Shown here piece by piece: positions 12,805 through 29,500 of a stretch of DNA of 64,000 nt (position 1 is its first letter; every line of letters starts with the position of its first letter). The stretch comes from Eledone cirrhosa. Lineage: Eukaryota. A program made the position numbers and the translations under genes. A model generated the notes under the pieces. It was not told where the DNA came from, did no database searches, and saw nothing but the letters and a program-made list of their open reading frames with translations. Location of the stretch: contig OZ024740.1 of assembly GCA_964016885.1 (NCBI GenBank), positions 372,558,001 to 372,622,000 on the forward strand. The letters are read 5' to 3'.

Positions 12805-13160
12805 ATTATTTCTACTTTGGCACAAAGCCAGCAATTAACCAGAGCATTACTGGTACTTTATTTTATCGACCCCGTAAGGATGAAAGGCAAAGTTAACCTC
12901 GTGAACTCAGAATGGCAAGGGCCGTAACTCTATACGTCAAAGCATGGCGTCCGACCCTCTACCGATACTGCCAATCCACCCCCAATAATAATTGTTTCTA
13001 CTTTTGGCACAAGGCCAGCAAATAACCCAGTGTATTACTGGTACTTTATTTTATCGACCCCGTAAGGATGAAAGGCAAAGTTAACCTCGGCAGAATTTGA
13101 ACTCAGAATGGAAAGGGCCGTAACTCTATGCGTCAAAGCATGGCGTCCGACCCTCTAACA
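12805..13160 (-). mobile_element. Two adjacent copies of the same SINE (12805-12985, 12989-13160)
   Basis: Both match the full-length copy at 44874-45064 in reverse orientation. Confidence 0.85.
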
Positions 13161-13289
13161 AGTCGAAAAATTACAGAACAGAACACAGACAAAAACAAAT
13201 GCAACAACAAAAGCAAAATAAATTTCAAAAGTTTTGAACGCAACAACCCCTACTTCCCTCGTAGCTAAAATCAAAAAGAGCAGCAAATC

Positions 13290-16200
13290 ACCGGTGGTTA
13301 TGTAACCATACATTCACCAATCCTCGATATGAGTGTTTAAATGTCGAACCTAAACAGTTCGAATAACGGTGAAAAGGAGACTGGAACGTCATGTGAAAGA
13401 CTCTCACCCAACAAGTTCTCCCTGACCCAGCAGCAGGGACCTGGCTGTCATCCAAATACTGCTGGTGTTGGAAGAAGAGGAAGAAGGAAAGGGACAAGAA
13501 CCAACTGGACGAAATAATTTAATAGAACTGTCATGGAATGCTACCTGAAGAGTAACCCCAAGGAAAAAGGCTATAGGAAACGGATGCATAACATCTGGAA
13601 CGAGATTGGTCTATTTAAATTAGATGAACAAAAATTGGCCGGGCAGGCTCCGGTAATAAGAACTAATGGATGGATAAGCGAGTTGGAACTGGAGGAACTG
13701 AGCAGAGAGATTAAGTTGGAAATGAGGAGTGGAGTATGTCAGGCAAACGAGCCAGTGGGAAATTGAAGGTGAAAAGGTTGAGAGACCTGAGGAAGCATCC
13801 GAATCAGACAATGATCTGAATGCTGAAATAAATAACATCTGGAACAAAAATACGACCATTGAGGAAATGAATACTGACGGGCTAGGATAAGATTTGGTTG
13901 ATATCCTGAACTTAGGGGTAGATGAAATGAACAATGATAGTGGAAAACCAATAAACCTAAGATTTGTAGACAGGAAAAAGTTAAAAGAAACAACAGCTAA
14001 GGTAAACAAAGTCATCCCATAACTTGAAGCGAGGAACCTTCACCAATGCAAAATATCCTCAAAGCAACCGCAAATGCGGTGAGGAAGTTACTTGGCATAA
14101 AACCGAGAGGAAACAACAAACAAGAAAGATCAGAACCTTGGTGGAAGAAACGACTGAATGGTTAAATCAAGGAAATTAGAAAAAAAACATTGGAAAGCTT
14201 GAGTCCTTACTGAATGGGAGATTACAAAACATAGACACTAAAGATAGATTGGAAATAAAATACAAAACAAGGGGGGAAAAAGCTAAATATTATCATAGAG
14301 GAACTGAAGCAACGCATTGTAGCAAAAAGTGCAAAGATTAGGCGGTATGAGAGCAGAGTCAGTCAGTATAGACAGAACCGCATGTTTGACAACAACCAGA
14401 AGATGTTGTTTGGACAGCTTGAAGGGAAATAAAGAGGCAGCGACGTGATGCCTGAAGCGGAACAGACTAAGACATTCTGGAGAGGAATATGGGAGCAGGA
14501 TGTTGAACATAATGGTCAGGCAATGTGGATTGAGACAGTTCAAAAGGAGAATAGTAAACAGGCACACCAACAACCTGATTTGAGTATCACAGTTGAAACT
14601 CTTAGAGGGCAGGGCAAAAAGCTAACCAACTGGAAATCACCAGGCCCAGATGGTGTGCAAGGATATTGGATTAAAAACATAACATCCGTTCACCCGAAAC
14701 TGAAAACCATGTTCAATGACTGCTTGATGTCAGGTGAGGTACCAGAGTGGTTGACAAAAGGTACCACAGTTCTGGTAATGAAAGACCAAATCAGGGGTAA
14801 TGGTGTTACCAACTATAGGCCCATCACATGTCTGTCAATAAGGTGGAAACTGTTAACAAGCATTGTGTCTGAGGAAATCTACCATCACCTCCATACAAAC
14901 AACTTGTTACCGGAGGAACAGAAAGGATGCCGAAAGAAGTCCTGTGGTACAAAAGACCAGTTACATATTGATAATATGTTAATGAGAAATTGCAAGTGGA
15001 AGTACACTGGTCTTGCCATGGGATGGATAGATTACAAAAAGGCATTCGACATGGTACCTCATTCTTGAATAACCAAAAGCCTAGAGATCTTCAAGGTGGC
15101 AGATAACATCAGATAGTTGTTGAGCAAAAGTATGAAGTCCTGGGAAACAGAGTTAACATCGGGTGGAGAATCCTTGGGAGGCGTGAAGATCAAGAGAGGT
15201 ATCTCCCCTTTGCTGTTTGTCCTTGCCCTGATACCCCTGACCGTTATATTGCGAAAAGTGAGAGCAGGATACAAGTTAGGAAAAGGAGAGCTTACCATTA
15301 ACCACCCCCTCTTCATGGACGATCTTAAACTCTTTGGGAAGAGTGAGAAAATAGTTGGCTGTACTTGTTGACACTGTCCCTATTTGCAGCAATGATATAT
15401 GTATGGAATTTGGTATTAATAAGTGTGGAGTCCAAGCGATGAAGACGGGTAAAGTTAGCAGAAGCAACGGTGAGATGATAAAGGAAATTGACACTGAGGA
15501 GGGATACAAATATTTAGCTGTTCTGGAGGCAGATGACATCAAGAACGAAAAAATGAAGGAATTGATAAGATCTGAGTACATAAGGAGAGTAAGTAGCGTA
15601 TTAAAATCTCATCTAAATAGTAGGAATGTCATAAGTACAGTAAATTCCCGAGCTGTGTCTATTACTAGGTGCAGTGCGAGAATTCTGAAATGGAATGTTG
15701 CTGAACAAAAAGAAATGGATAGGAAGACTAGGAAGTTATTGACTATCTACAACTTGTTCCATAAGAAGACTGATGTCGATAGACTCTACTTAAAGAGATC
15801 TGACTGAAGTTGGAAGAGGTCTTATCAGCATAGATGATTGTGTTCAGATGGAGAAAAACAATCTGCACAAATACGTGACTGACAGTAGGGAGCCAATGCT
15901 CCAAATTGTACTGAAGGAGAAGACAATAGACGAGGGGATGACCAAGGAGGAAATAACAACAAGGAGGAGGAGTAACCTTCATGAAAAATCCCTTCATAAT
16001 ACCTTCTTTAGGAAAACTGAATTTAGAGATCCACAGACATGGAACTGGTTAAAAAGAGAAGACCTTAAAAAAGCTACAGAAGGAATGCTAATGGCTGCGC
16101 AAGAGCAAGCCCTCAGAACGAAGTGGGTGAAACACCATATTTACAAGGAGGAAGCTAGCTCACTGAGTAGGATCTGTGGAGAGAGAGAGGAGACTGTGGG

Positions 16201-16710
16201 TCACATTGTATCCGAGTGTAAACACCTAGCCCAGACTCACTATAAAGGCTGGATACATGATGTGATAGGCAGGGTGATCCACTGGCACCTATGCAAAGTA
16301 AACAATTTACCACATTCTGAGAAGTGTTATGAGCATAAGCCAGAGTCGGTGATAGAAAACGATCAGGTGAAGGTGCTGTGGGATTTTAGGATACAGAGGA
16401 ACAAGAAACTGGAACACAATAGACCTGACCTGGTGCTTTTGGACAAGGGCAAAAGATCGTGCTTGATTGTGGATGTGGCCTGCCCATTTGACACGAGAGT
16501 GCAAGAGAAGGAGGAGGAGAAAATTAACCGATACCAGGATTTAAAGGGAGATTAGTCCAGCCCCGCTTTTTGGAACACTTCAAAAGGCATGTTTTCTGGG
16601 AACAGCAAGAACCCTCCGATAGGTTCTGAATAACATGCTGCAGGTAGCAGCTTGATATTCATTTCAACAAACTTTCCATTTAAATAACATCAATGAATGA
16701 GACTCAAAGA
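13290..16710 (+). pseudogene. Older, degenerate full-length Dong copy 3 (leader may start at 12186)
   Basis: Collinear with copy 2 from the 5' UTR to the (TAA)n tail. Many stops and frameshifts (ORF pieces 13533, 14445, 15117, 15355, 15848) and internal deletions near 15203 and 16549. Confidence 0.92.
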
Positions 16711-17555
16711 ATAATAATAATAATAATAATTATAATTATAATAATAATTATTATTTTTTATTACTATTACTATTATTATTATTATTATTATTAGTGTTGC
16801 TGCTTTTATCCTCTCAAGACATGGTACATATCGATGAAGTAAGTTCATTGTTTATTAACGTGTTTCTAAATCATATCGTATGTATATTCTTTTGTGGTTA
16901 AACAAACCTTTTCCTGGAGAGGTAGTTGGTTTCCCTATATTTGTAGTCTTTAAGGAATAACTTTATGTGTTTTGTTTCACAAACACGCCTCTATTAAAAA
17001 ATAGTGAACGATAAACATTTCTCCACTAAATTGGACGGCGGGCTGTCTACAAAATGGAACAAAATGGAACAAAATGGTACTTAAAAAATTAACGACAGTA
17101 GCAACAAAAACAACATCAGCGACACACCAGTAACTACACTAACATCATCGCAAACAACAAGAATAGCGTAACACGCGCAGAATATATGACAGAATTACCG
17201 AATTTAATACCGTCAACACAACCACAAAAACTCAAAATTAATAAAATCAGCGCATCAAAAACGACAGCAACATTTGCGTAAGCAAGAACACCACCACTAC
17301 CACAGCCAACTTCACCACTAAATCCACCCTATATTTGACCCAAGCAGCCAAACTAATCAAAATGCAAAATGTAACCATCCACAGAGCTGTTGGCAACAAT
17401 GAAAAGAAACCTTTAATTTATAAATCTATTTCGACAAAGACAAAACAGCCAGAGCCAGCTACATAGACTGATATGGAATGGGCTCTGAAAGACATAATGC
17501 CCGACATAGACCACATTTCAGTGTTACGTAAGAAGGAAGTAACAGCACGAGCATC

Positions 17556-17593
<38 letters not shown>

Positions 17594-17617
17594 CAGCACC
17601 AGCAGCAGCAGCAACAT

Positions 17618-17671
<54 letters not shown>

Positions 17672-17682
17672 CAGTAGTAGTA
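17556..17682. repeat. (GTA)n/(GCA)n trinucleotide repeat
   Basis: Direct read. Confidence 0.9.
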
Positions 17683-18098
17683 CATAGTTGAATCATACAG
17701 GATTTGCTCAAATTAGCTAGGTGTTATTTCAATAATTTTTTTAACAAGTTTAAATATCATTCAACCACTCATCGTGTTGCATCACATAGGTCAGATTTTA
17801 CTATAGTAGCATTGGTTATCGAATCATTATATTTAGAATTGAACATATTGTTTCCCTTACACGTAGTAAATGTGTAAATTACTGTTTTCTTTATGTATGT
17901 AAGTATTGATAATTGTACGTTGAAGTTACTGATGTCAGTTCTATAACTATTTCTGTGATTGTTTTTATCATTAGCAGAGCAGTGTATTCGTTAAAGAGAA
18001 ACAAAATGAAAATCCAGCTATAGCAGTGTTGAAATAACCGCTTTGGTTCGCTTGCCAGAGAAACGCTGCTTTGAAGTATAGAGTTACCTCCCTGTATG

Positions 18099-18221
18099 AT
18101 CTGAGTTCAAAACCCGCCAAGGTTAACTTTGCCTTTCATCCTTCCGGGGTCGATACAATAAAGTACCAGTAAAGCATTGGGTAATTGCTGGACCCTTGTG
18201 CCAAAAGTAGAAACAATTATT
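18099..18221 (+). mobile_element. tRNA-derived SINE, 3' part
   Basis: CTGAGTTCAAAACCCGCCAAGGTTAACTTTGCCTTTCATCC...GTAGAAACAATT. Confidence 0.82.
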
Positions 18222-18324
18222 TACTTCCAAAGCACGGATACTTTATGTATATCTTTTAAAAATACACGTTTCACGAATACTTTTTTAAGAATCCCACTAG
18301 TTATTTCTCAGAAATGTAGTTTAT

Positions 18325-18403
<79 letters not shown>

Positions 18404-19172
18404 TCTCTCTCTCTCTCTGCATTAGTGTATGTGTGTGTGTGTTTATTTGTGTGTGTGTGTGCATGTGTGTGCGTGCAAGTGAATGTACATGTGTGTTTCT
18501 ACATGGAATTTCCGAGTCTTCGTGGTACGCCCTCGGCTATATATTAAAGTAACTCAAATTATAGTTTGATGTGCCAAAAGACGAACTAACATATTTCTTT
18601 ATTTCGTGCTGCACGGAATAGATGCTTCCAGCAAGGTAATTCTAAGACGAAATGGGTGAGAATAAGCATTCCTCGGCGAAACAAATTTCATGTAGCAATG
18701 GATATATTCTCATTGCATTGTATTTCACTATTTATTAATATACCAATAAAAGTTGTAATAGACATGTTTCAAATGCTGTACACGCACACAGACACACAGA
18801 CACACACACATATAAACACACATATACACACACATATACACACACACGCACACACACACATATATATGTAATACAGGTATATATTATTACCCACAATGAT
18901 AACTCTTAACAAAAACAACCGCTCAATCACAAGTATAAAGCCAATCAAACGCACAACATAGGTGTGTGCGCGTGCACTTTCGCCAAAAATACCTATATAA
19001 TAAATATATAGAATGCCTAACAGAATAAATTGTATATATTGTATTAAACATTGACGATATATAAAAAGTGTTTTGTGAAGAAAATAATAAAATTCACAAA
19101 CAAATTAACATGACAAGAATCCGTAATAAACTGCATTGCTTAAAAGGACTCTAGTGACACACACACATATTA

Positions 19173-19342
<170 letters not shown>

Positions 19343-19777
19343 ATCTCACTCTCTATATATACGTGGATGAGTGTGATTTGGCGTGTGCACGCACATACAC
19401 ACACGCATGTATAATATATAAATTACATAAACATATCAAATATAACATGTGTATGCATGTATGTATGTGTTCACCCTTTATATGCTTGTGTGTGTGTCTA
19501 TCTTTTACTTTTGTCCGAATCCCCATTGGAATAAAATGAAGGAAATATTACTTTGAAATAGAATGGCTGTTTGGTAATATGATTTGTTTTCGCAATATAT
19601 TCTAAAATTTGAAACGTAATATGGGATTTTATTTTTTAAGTAATGGTTTACTGTATACATTTATTTCTTCCGTATTGATCTGTTTAGGTTCCACTGATTT
19701 TGCTGTTGTTGTTCTCATTCCTATAGTCGTATTTGCTATTTGATGGTAATAATAAATAAATAAGCATAAGAAAGAAA

Positions 19778-19902
<125 letters not shown>

Positions 19903-19912
19903 CATACATACA

Positions 19913-20501
19913 TGGAGGCTGCCAACTCGTTTTCGAGTACGGCCACTACTTTATATCCATGTAGGAGAACCCCTACCGATGGGAGTTCAGCCACCGACTT
20001 GAAAACTATGGTACAAACACTACACCTGTGACAATTATTGACACACAATGCTGGGCCCATGGTACCATGTGACGACAAGTGCAGAGAGATCTCCAGATAT
20101 AAAGCAATGCCTGTGCCGTGAAGCTTTTATAGTGAGCAAAGGCACTGCACAAAGCCAGTCCCACTCTCTTAACCAAGATGATATTTACCAAAAAGAAGAA
20201 CGAGTCAACATCATTGGATACCATCAGGGTTGCAGGTGTTATATCAGAGTTTTCCTTCTCCTAGAATTCTGCCTTGACAAAGGCTAAGGGGTCATCTCTC
20301 CCGGTGAATTTGGATGGCCATTGACTCTTAAGAGCTCCTTTGCCCTTTGACAGGTTTTGTTTTTAGTCCTGCAGGATGTCCAAAGTCACTCTCCTCACCA
20401 AGAAACCTTGGTGGGGTTGCCAGTTTAGTCGCCAACGACCCGACCATGGGACAGGTTGTACTGGGATACATGTTACCAGTAGCACCAACTGGTGACCTGA
20501 C
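19913..20501 (-). mobile_element. ~590-bp non-coding retroposon with RTE-like 5' UTR motifs, flanked by (TGTA)n
   Basis: Second copy at 52068-52446. The minus strand has TAAACTGGCAACCCC and TCTAGGAGAAGGAAAACTCTG, motifs I associate with RTE 5' UTRs. No credible coding ORF. Confidence 0.65.
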
Positions 20502-20620
20502 ATACATACATACATACATACATACATACATACATACATACATACATACATACATACATACACATATATATATATATATACATATATATATACAACTACT
20601 ACATATATACATACATACAT

Positions 20621-20710
<90 letters not shown>

Positions 20711-20713
<3 letters not shown>

Positions 20714-20887
20714 TTTATCCCGGGTCCAACCGGGGGTAACCGCAGTAAGAAAGGTACTCAATACAAAGCAGAGTATAAATAGTTAATATAGAAAGGCTTC
20801 TACAGGACTAGAACTGTTTGATTCGGGAGAAATCATCAGGAAGCCCGAATGAAACTGTTCTAGTCCTGTAGAAGCTTTCTATATTAT
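20711..20887 (-). mobile_element. Small (TA)n-flanked PLE-type element with a hammerhead-like fold and an inverted repeat
   Basis: Minus strand 20795-20845 reads GGCTTC CTGATGA tttctcccgaat CAAA CAG ttctagtc CTG TA GAAGCC (G12 appears mutated). Inverted repeat 20784-20887. Truncated relative at 23692-23775. Confidence 0.6.
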
Positions 20888-21070
20888 ATATATATATATA
20901 TATTGGAAAATGTGTGTAATCCTTGGTACAGTTAGGTATACCAACGACTCAATTTATAACATTTAAAATAAAAAAATGTTTCTAATCCGGAAAAAAATTC
21001 TTTTTGGATTTTGTGAAGAAAATAAATTTGTTGAAAGCACAAGCGAAGCCCTTTTTTTCTTCCCCCCGTC

Positions 21071-21167
<97 letters not shown>

Positions 21168-21278
21168 TATATTATATCTGCACTCATATCAGATTGGGCA
21201 CTGTTATGGTTTTGGTTTTCATTTTTCCTATTGACCGATATTTTAATAAATACACATACACGCTCATACATTCACTCC

Positions 21279-21337
<59 letters not shown>

Positions 21338-21399
21338 CGAAGGAAATGTGGTAAGGAACCAGGTGGTATATATATATATATTTATATATATATATATAC

Positions 21400-23688
<2,289 letters not shown>

Positions 23689-23770
23689 ATACGTTTATCC
23701 CGGGTTCAATCGGGGGTAACCACAGTAAGAGTATGAATATTTAATATAGAAATGGCCTCTACAGTATTAG

Positions 23771-23888
<118 letters not shown>

Positions 23889-23919
23889 TATGTAGATAGA
23901 TAAATAGATAGATATAGAT

Positions 23920-25195
23920 ATAATGCAGCCATGCAAAAGTTGGCATCACACCTATCGAGTGCAAGTTGGAGATACCTTCTGTCGAGTTAAGTAATACCAT
24001 GTCGTCCGCAGATTCCAGCCTACTGATTTAACACCCGCCAATCAGAATACCACCGCTACCATCAATCCCATACTCCTGCACAAACATCCACAGCTGTTCC
24101 AGAGGAAGACGGTTATATGACTTTTCAAGGTCGACAAAACAAGAATATGCCTCTTTGCAATACTTCCACGATATCTGGAGGATTTGCCCCAGGGTGAATA
24201 TTTGGTCAGCTGTGCTGCGCCCGGGGCGAAAACCGCATTGTTCATCTTTTTGCCAGACACTAAGCATAGGCTTTACAGAGGAGGCTTAACAAGGAGATCC
24301 CTCTGCAATTGGAACAAGTATCACTCCCGACTGTCAGTACTTAGCGATCTTTCCAGAGATCCAGGCCACCCGGCACATATGAGTGAGCCAGAGAATAACT
24401 TCTCTATTTAAGGCTTTTAACATTTTGACCCGGATTTCATCTTGTCCAGTAGCCTTGCCATATTTGAGACCTTTAACAGCTCTTGCCACCACAGTCGCTC
24501 CCAGATGTACGTTGAGTACATCAGAAGATGCTGTTCTGATAACGTTTAGGGTATCACCAAGGTATTCACTTCACTTCGCGTGGATGCAGCCCCCATCTCC
24601 CCTAGATAGTGGCCAACCCCAGACGCGTCGTTCTCGATAGCAGGTGTGAAGTGTGGCTTCTAGTACGATGTCGGTGGATTGTCTGTCAGAACACTTTATT
24701 TGCTGATCTGAAGTTGGTTTCCATATTAACCACAAAGACACCCATGTCTTAACCTCGGAAGCCTTTACTTTCTCTACTGTGATTCCACGTGCCCAGTTGT
24801 ACCGCAAATACAAAAAGAAGGACATATTTCCAAGCCAAGGTTTGTAGGTCTTCTTCTTTGTTCCGAGTGCATCCCTGTCCACGTAATTGAACCAATGGGT
24901 TCTACTGCCATGTGGTGCTACACAAAGCCTCTTTAGCCCGCACTATTTAACAGCTGAACAATATACGTAATCCGTTTGCTCCGGGTGTTCTCGGATTTTG
25001 GATGCAAAGGTATCTGCATACCTAGTTCTGATTTCCTTATCCACCAATGCCTCTCACTTTATCCTATAGGTCGCACATCACTTGCCAGTTTTGTGGGGTT
25101 CTTTCGCTTAGTCTCAAGCTGCAGGTAACTTTATGGTGATCAGTTGACACCTCAGCCTCCCTCTTAACACGAACATCTAGCAATGCTGTGGAAAC
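23920..25195 (-). pseudogene. RTE-clade LINE remnant, inverted 5' part (APE end to RT ADD motif)
   Basis: LDVRVKREAEVSTDHH (APE), EQCGFRPGRSTADQIFTL..FVDLEKSY, ESADDMVLL. Confidence 0.8.
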
Positions 25196-25632
25196 AGACA
25201 TTTGTCCTCTCAAGGAAGCATGAGCAGTGCAATCTACAGGGGAATGGATTTCCACTGATGCAAGTAGAGACATTCAGGTATTTCGGGACTGTGTTCAGGA
25301 CTGATGCATTGCAGGAGTCTGAATTAAGTTCAAGAATTGTGCCAGCTTCATCATTTGGTAATAAGAAGTGGGGTAGGCGAAAAGGCCAAACACGCTATCT
25401 TCAGTTTCTTATGCTGTTAAAATGTCTCAGGAAAGAATCGGTGGATAAATGTTACGGGCAAAACCAACTGACCGGTGACCCAGATGTAGACACAGAGCTT
25501 GGCGACTGGTCTCGTATGGGGATCTAGCTGGATCAGTTGGATGTGTTTGCTTTTGATATGACTTCCTGGAAGGTGTTTGAGGATTCTGCCCAAGACCCTC
25601 TCAGGAATATATGGGCGAATGGGAAGATATAT
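25196..25632 (+). pseudogene. RTE-clade LINE remnant, 3' part
   Basis: VLSRKHEQCNLQGNG..QVETFRYFG..ELSSRI continues the RT after the ADD motif; ends at (TA)n. Confidence 0.65.
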
Positions 25633-25635
25633 ACG

Positions 25636-25738
<103 letters not shown>

Positions 25739-26257
25739 CATACACATATACATATATATATAATCTTGGTATTTACGAAAAAGTGCGTGTACATGTGCTA
25801 ATAAAATTCTTTCGAATTCTGTATTAAACTCTAGAATATATCTATAGATTTCAGATAACAATACGTAATAGTGGGGCATTTTTACCAAGTAATATTCAAT
25901 ATATTTGTGGACTATAAAAATTACGTGGAGAAGCCGTGGTCGTTTCAACCCTAGGTTGCTTTTAATATCGACTTAAGGCACTCTTTAATTGTCAAGGGAG
26001 AATATACTTATTAACATACTAATATTACAAATATCGTAACGACGGAAGGACATATATAAAGCTTTTTTGTAGGTAGTCTAATTACAATCTTGTGTCGTTT
26101 GCTGAGTTTCTTTTCAATATTTTACCGTATTTTGTAGACTTCCACTAACATAATATGTGACAAGTATTTTCTTTATAGAGAAAATAATCGTGAAGATAAC
26201 AGACACAGGCAAACATCCACATCTATATATATATCTCTCTCTCTCTCTCTCTATCTA

Positions 26258-26305
<48 letters not shown>

Positions 26306-26309
<4 letters not shown>

Positions 26310-26489
26310 AAAGAGTGTGACCTCGACGGCGAGCTCAAGCCGTTTCGACGGCTATTTCTGGCCAGAAATAGCCGTCGAAACGACTTGAGCTCTGCCCCCG
26401 GGTCATACTTTTTCCTATTAACCACTCTACTACCTTAAGTACTCTGGTACGTTATGGCCTATCTGGTTCCTTATCACAACTCCTTCGCT
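26306..26489. mobile_element. Palindromic (TA)n-embedded mini-element, family copy A
   Basis: ~112-bp hairpin plus a ~70-bp tail; homologous to 45111, 46971, 59582 and 21336. Confidence 0.85.
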
Positions 26490-26542
26490 ATATATATATA
26501 TATATGTACGTGTATATGTGTGTGTGTGTTTATATATATATT

Positions 26543-26580
<38 letters not shown>

Positions 26581-29500
26581 ATTGTATGTGTGCAACTGTA
26601 TATGTTTACGTATGTGTGTGATAAACGGTACAAAGTTTAACTGAAACTTTGTAAATATACATATAATTATACCAATAATAATTTAATTCCTTTTAAAATT
26701 ATTTCAATATTTAATTATGTATGTATGTATGTATGTATGTATGTATGTATGTATGTATGTATGTATGTATGTATGTATGTATGTATGTATGTATGTATGT
26801 ATGTATGTAGGTAGGTATACATATATGCATATATACATAATATCTGAATACAAATACACATACATGCCTACACTCAGACAGAATCACATATAATACATAG
26901 ATATATATTTAGATATATATATTTATATATAAATATATTAATATATGTGTCTATGTATATATGTAGTTATGTATTGTAATGATGAACGTATTATTTTACG
27001 TATAATTGAAATATTCCTGTGGAATTGGAAAGATAACTACTTCAATTATTTTTTCTAGTAAGAATAGATTTCATTTTTCTATTATGAGCAAACAATGCTT
27101 TTTTCAATTAACCACTAATTGCATTGTATAATTATGGTTTTGCTTAAAACTATAATTTAGACGTACATATGTTTCTTCATTTTATCAGTTTCGTTTTGTG
27201 TTATTGTTATTTTTCTTTCGCTGATTTCTCAGAAAAGATTTACGCGCTCCTACAGATAATAGTCTGAAAGTCTGGTTCATGAATCTTCCAAACAGTAAAG
27301 AAATGAAGAAAAGAAGCATATGTAAGAGCATGAATAAATTATAAGCCAGTAACAACACCAATAACGATAACACAGTAAGAGGATTTGTAGTTAGATTCCA
27401 ATTGTAATCACAATTAGATATGAATTGAGGAATAATTATGAAGTAAGCCAACATTTCGTTTTTCTAATTCCCAATTTACTTTTTACTAAGATGTTTTGGA
27501 AATAATGAGATGCATTTCTGCATTTTTTAAACATAAATATATCAGGCAACTAAACAGTCCTGCTTATTCAGTGTTGATAGACCTTATATTTCAGAGTTAA
27601 GTTACAAAAGGTTATATAATTTGCTGTATGTCCAATTTACGTGTTACTATGTATATAGATTGGCCTATTTTAAAATACAATATAAAATGCTGATATAATG
27701 ACATATATGAATCAAGTAAATGTGCAACCAACTGACCCCCCCCCCCCTCTCCAGTTTATTAATGGTATATTTTTATAGATCTGACTTCAGCGTTATATGA
27801 TGGCAATAACATTAATTCCATGGGTGATTTAAGACTTCTTTTCGTTTCTTTTTTATTATTCCGCTTATATCCGCTTATATCAAAGTCGCGAACCTTCCCA
27901 TAGCAATATCATTATTTAATTATATATCTGACATCAATAAAACGTATTTCACTGATGGAGTTAATTCAAAACGTAAACTATAATCAAGCCGATAGCAACA
28001 GACGTTTGATATATATTTGAATGCACAATATCGTTCTTGGAAAATCAAATATATTTCCTTGTAAATATATGGAAAATATAGTGAGCAAAATAAAGCAGCT
28101 GTTAGCTGTTGGCAAGCCTATTCGGCAGCATAGTTTTAATAGTCAGTTAAAAACAATTAACATCTCTCGCCCTTTAGAAAGATAGTTTCCTGGAAAGACA
28201 TGAATAAGAAAAAAATCTTATCCTACTCAATGATCATTTATATTGTATAAGGAAAGGAAAACGCCACATTTTGTAAACTATCCACTGTGTTAGTACAATT
28301 AAATACTTCAGTCAGTAGTCTCATAATTCGAGGTTTCGAAAGAGACAAAAGTATGTCTTCACCGTATATACTAACAACCTTAACAGTATATAATATATGC
28401 TACATTGATCATCCTTGTACATATTAAGCAGTATATAATAAGCTAACACCACAACCGTTTTTCAATACATGATTGAAATGCCTGGAAAATATATGCGGTA
28501 TATATTTCTTCAAAAGCAATTAGAAGTAATTGCATTTTCTATATTCATCCACTTTTGATATTTTTTGTCATTCTGCGTTGTAATAGAGAATATTGCGCGT
28601 AGTGTTTTCCGGTAGTTCCATATGTTATCCAATTACATTTGATGATGAAAATAGATTTCACTGTATTTACTCTTAGGACTAAATATATTTAAATATAAAT
28701 ACCGCTAAACCTAAATACAGAGAAATTATAGGAATGAAAAAATAAAACAAAACAAAGCAAGAAACAGTAGGTATAGCAATATTGGTTTCAGTGTTGTATA
28801 CACATACATGTAGCCATGTATACGGAATGATTACTATCTATCATTGTCTGTCATCACATTTTACAATTAATGAAACATGTGTCTTTTGCTGCTATGAAAC
28901 GCTGATAAATTCTGAAGCAATAGTGTGAAAGAGATTACTAAAACTGTCATCTGTATCCTTACAGATATAGATGACAGTTTTAGTTTATAAGATAACAACA
29001 GTCAATGGCAAGCAAGTAATGGCTTTAGGGAAACGTGTATCACATTTTTCATTCTTATTAAAAGGTGGGATATACTTGCTACAGTTAAAGGGAATCGTAC
29101 AAGTGATAGTTAAGCCCCTGAAAATGCAAATCAACACTATATATATTATCTGCTGATAACTGTTCTTTTCATGTAGTATCATTGCTATACGGTTGAAAAT
29201 TATAGAATATTTCTTAATATATAAAATATTTTGATACCAAAGTATTTAAGTATTAAAATATGACTATTTTAAAAAATCCATTTCTTATGTGACTTTGATT
29301 AACATGTATGGATTATTAATATAGTTATTATAAACGAAGTTTAACTGTTCATTGCTAGGATTATATTGCCGCAAAAAAAAAAACATTTAAAAATTGTTTT
29401 TCCGACAATAACGAAAGTAAACAGCCCTATTAATGGAAATGGCCGTCGAAGGGTGAAAGGTTATGGGAATGTAAAACGTTTAATAATATTTGTGTTTAAT

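Noticed and set aside
3413-16504. Minus-strand ORFs overlapping the Dong copies
   Set aside because: Antisense shadows of the RT ORF, repeated only because the element is repeated
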